This document shows positions 61,901-64,000 of a stretch of DNA of 64,000 bases, one piece after another (positions within the stretch are counted from its first letter, which is position 1; every line of letters begins with the position of its first letter). Origin of the DNA: Tubulanus polymorphus (Eukaryota > Animalia > Nemertea); the NCBI RefSeq assembly GCF_964204645.1, contig NC_134027.1:24018560-24082559 (forward strand). The letters are read 5' to 3'. The notes beneath the pieces are model-generated. The model did no database searches. It saw nothing but the letters and a program-made list of their open reading frames with translations, and was not told where the DNA came from. A program made the translations under genes and the position numbers.

Positions 61901-63744
61901 AATCATTTTGGTTCTATAGCCACCATCACAAATTAAGACCAGTCTAAGCTCATTTCGCCAATCTAACAACTTTCTAGACTACGGTGCGAAATACGATTTA
62001 CCTTCGCTGAAATCTCGAGGTGAAATTTTCACATTGTTGATTCCGGCGTCGCGGAGGTGCGCGCGCAACGTCTTCACGGAATCGAAGCAGACGATAGGCT
62101 CGATTTTACTCGATTCGGTCACGTATTTATCGTGTACCTGCCGCAACCCGTCGCATTCTCTTTCCGATAAGAAATCGTCGAATAGATAAACTCTAAAAAT
62201 ATGAGTTACATAGTTTTAAATCACCCGAAGAACACAAGAAAGTTATTGAAACGGTTTTTTTTTCGCGAAAATCAAAGTAGAAGTATGATAGGGTGCAAGC
62301 TGTTCCGCGATCAAATATTTTGACTACTAAATATTTTCACATCACTTTTTCTAATCACTTGAAGCGCGGATCGACCGCCATAAATATTATCAAAAGAAAA
62401 ACATTCTTCGTCATTTGTTGTCGTAATTTTCAAATGCGCATGTTAAAAAGATGTGTGGTCATGGGTCATGGTGTCACTTTCATTCTTCCCTTGCTCCTGT
62501 CTACTTCAAATGAACATTAAGGCTAAAAAAAGATTCCTTGTTTCTCATTTCCGCTGAGCATAAAGGTTGACCCGACCGGCAGCCTATCTACCCTATACAT
62601 TACTATTTCTAAAATCATGATCAGGCTTACCATAATAGACCAGACAGCTATAGAAATAAACTGATTACAAATTTTATTGCAGTTTACAAAATGACCCGGC
62701 CGATTAGGAGAAACATGGTATTTTGGTTTAGCCAAATAGAAAAATTTGTTTCCCTTCGCCCCTCCAATTTTTCATCGGGAAAATCCATACTCACAGTAAT
62801 TGAGAGGCCGGGACAATAACATCGAAATGGGGGTCTCGAGTGAAATAAGTAAATACTTACTGGACGGTACTATTGTTTTCGTTGATATGTAGTAAGTTCA
62901 TGGGTGGAATCCTGCGCCCGCCGTCGAAGATCTTTTTCGGTGTGATCGAATTCTGAATGGTGACTTTGTGAGCTTTAACCTGTTTCATCAACTCGTCGTC
63001 TTTAGCAGACGATGCCGTTGTTGTTGGCGGCGGCTTCGGTTGTCGTTTCTGATTTTTTACATTTTTTCCTGCCGTCGATTTTTCGTTTATCTTTTTCCCC
63101 GGTTTCTGTTCGGGTGACTTTTTCGCTTTTGTCGGTTTCGGTTTGACCGATTGTTCGTCGACACTTTCCGTTTTTCTCCGGGCGGATTTTTCCTGTTTTT
63201 TATCTGTACTTTTACCTTTTCGTTCTTCGTCCACTGTCTCATCTTCGGTTTTGGGCGGTTTTTCAACTGTTTTCATTTTCTGCTCGTCTCTATTTTCATC
63301 ACCCGTTCTTTTAATTTCTTTAACCGTTTCTATTTTCTCTCGCTGTCCGTTTTGACTCGGTGGACGAAGTTCTTCTCGTCCCGAAGTCTTCGCATTTTGA
63401 AGTAGTTTATCCTGCGCGGATATCGCGTCAGATCCTCCCGTACTCACGCTATTTAAACTGTCGTCTGCTGTTCGCACGTCGGCCGTTTTCTCCGACGCCA
63501 CATTTTCGGCGACCGTTTGAAAAACGTCGCCCGACACCCCAGTCGCCGGTGCGGGTTTACAAAGTTTACTCTCTCGCACGTATTCCAAAAGCGAATCTGA
63601 ATTTGAGTATATCGCCACACCGAATGCAGTACCGACTACGAAGCCTAACAACAGACCCAGCGTTAGCAGAAGGCTTTCTCCACCAGTTCGCTCTCGTTTT
63701 TTGGCGTTTTCATGCTTATCTTTTTGCTGGGATTTTGATTGCAT
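58931..63744 (-). CDS. Membrane-anchored prolyl 4-hydroxylase-like 2OG-Fe(II) dioxygenase
   Basis: Exons 63744-62861, 62192-62002, 61531-61337, 60847-60734, 60426-60288 and 59114-58931. N-terminal TM and K/E-rich stalk, then VYLFDDFLSEREC, FQITSY, YKNHTD (HxD), ATVLVYLDDVAEGGETKFP, PKKG, distal H (SEH) and 2OG-binding K (GKKY). Confidence 0.87.
61690..61975. repeat. About 50-bp tandem repeat (aagaccagtctaagctcattttggttctata) derived from a MITE interior
   Basis: About 5 units; the same unit is tandem at 49870-50040 and single or inverted inside the MITEs at 30104 and 46095. Confidence 0.8.
62521..62733. mobile_element. MITE, Harbinger-like (ggctaaa...tttagcc)
   Basis: TIR-bounded, preceded by TAA. 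A second copy starts at about 63852 and runs off the window; a decayed copy lies at about 24115-24310. Confidence 0.7.
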
Positions 63745-64000
63745 ATCAACAAGATTCGCAGATCCCTCGGAATTAGTCTGAAATCGGCAATGATAAATGG
63801 TCTAATTAAAACAAAAACCGTTTTTTTAGTTTCATACTGGCCTGCACCTAAGGCTAAAAATTGATACCTTGTTTCTCCACTCTGCTGAACTTAAAAGTTG
63901 ACCCGACCGGCCGCCTATCTACCCTGTACATTACTTTTTTAATTGAAAATCTTTATCAGGCTAACCATAACACCCGGCAGCTATAATGAACTGGTTACAA

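Noticed and set aside
63143-63776. Plus-strand ORFs overlapping the P4H-like exon 1 (likewise 4402-4713 and 13077-13373 over GPCRs)
   Set aside because: Antisense shadows of real coding sequence with no independent motifs.

Overview
AT-rich, intron-containing animal genomic DNA. It looks lophotrochozoan-like; this is inferred from gene content, and the species cannot be determined from the sequence. Bases 1-21.2 kb form a dynamic tandem array, almost all on the minus strand. Intronless rhodopsin-type GPCR genes (3 intact, 1 pseudogene, 1 more predicted just left of the window) alternate with three-exon genes for small secreted cysteine-rich proteins that the ORF track does not resolve. These comprise one full 12-Cys SVWC (single von Willebrand factor C)-like gene, two near-identical 6-Cys short forms, one copy whose signal-peptide exon is inverted, and one orphan first exon. 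Receptor and peptide genes have been duplicated together. The rest of the window holds spliced SAMTOR/BMT2, BOP1, an intronless HNMT-like methyltransferase, an astacin-TSP1-MAM-MAM protease with a recent 1.5-kb module duplication, PSME3IP1/FAM192A with a U12-type AT-AC intron, a fourth GPCR, an anchorless NAGPA-like enzyme and a membrane-anchored prolyl 4-hydroxylase-like gene. Non-coding features include MITEs, minisatellites, a Penelope-like GIY-YIG remnant and minimal hammerhead ribozyme motifs. Exon coordinates were derived by hand from splice signals and reading frame. Family names come from recognised motifs, not database searches.
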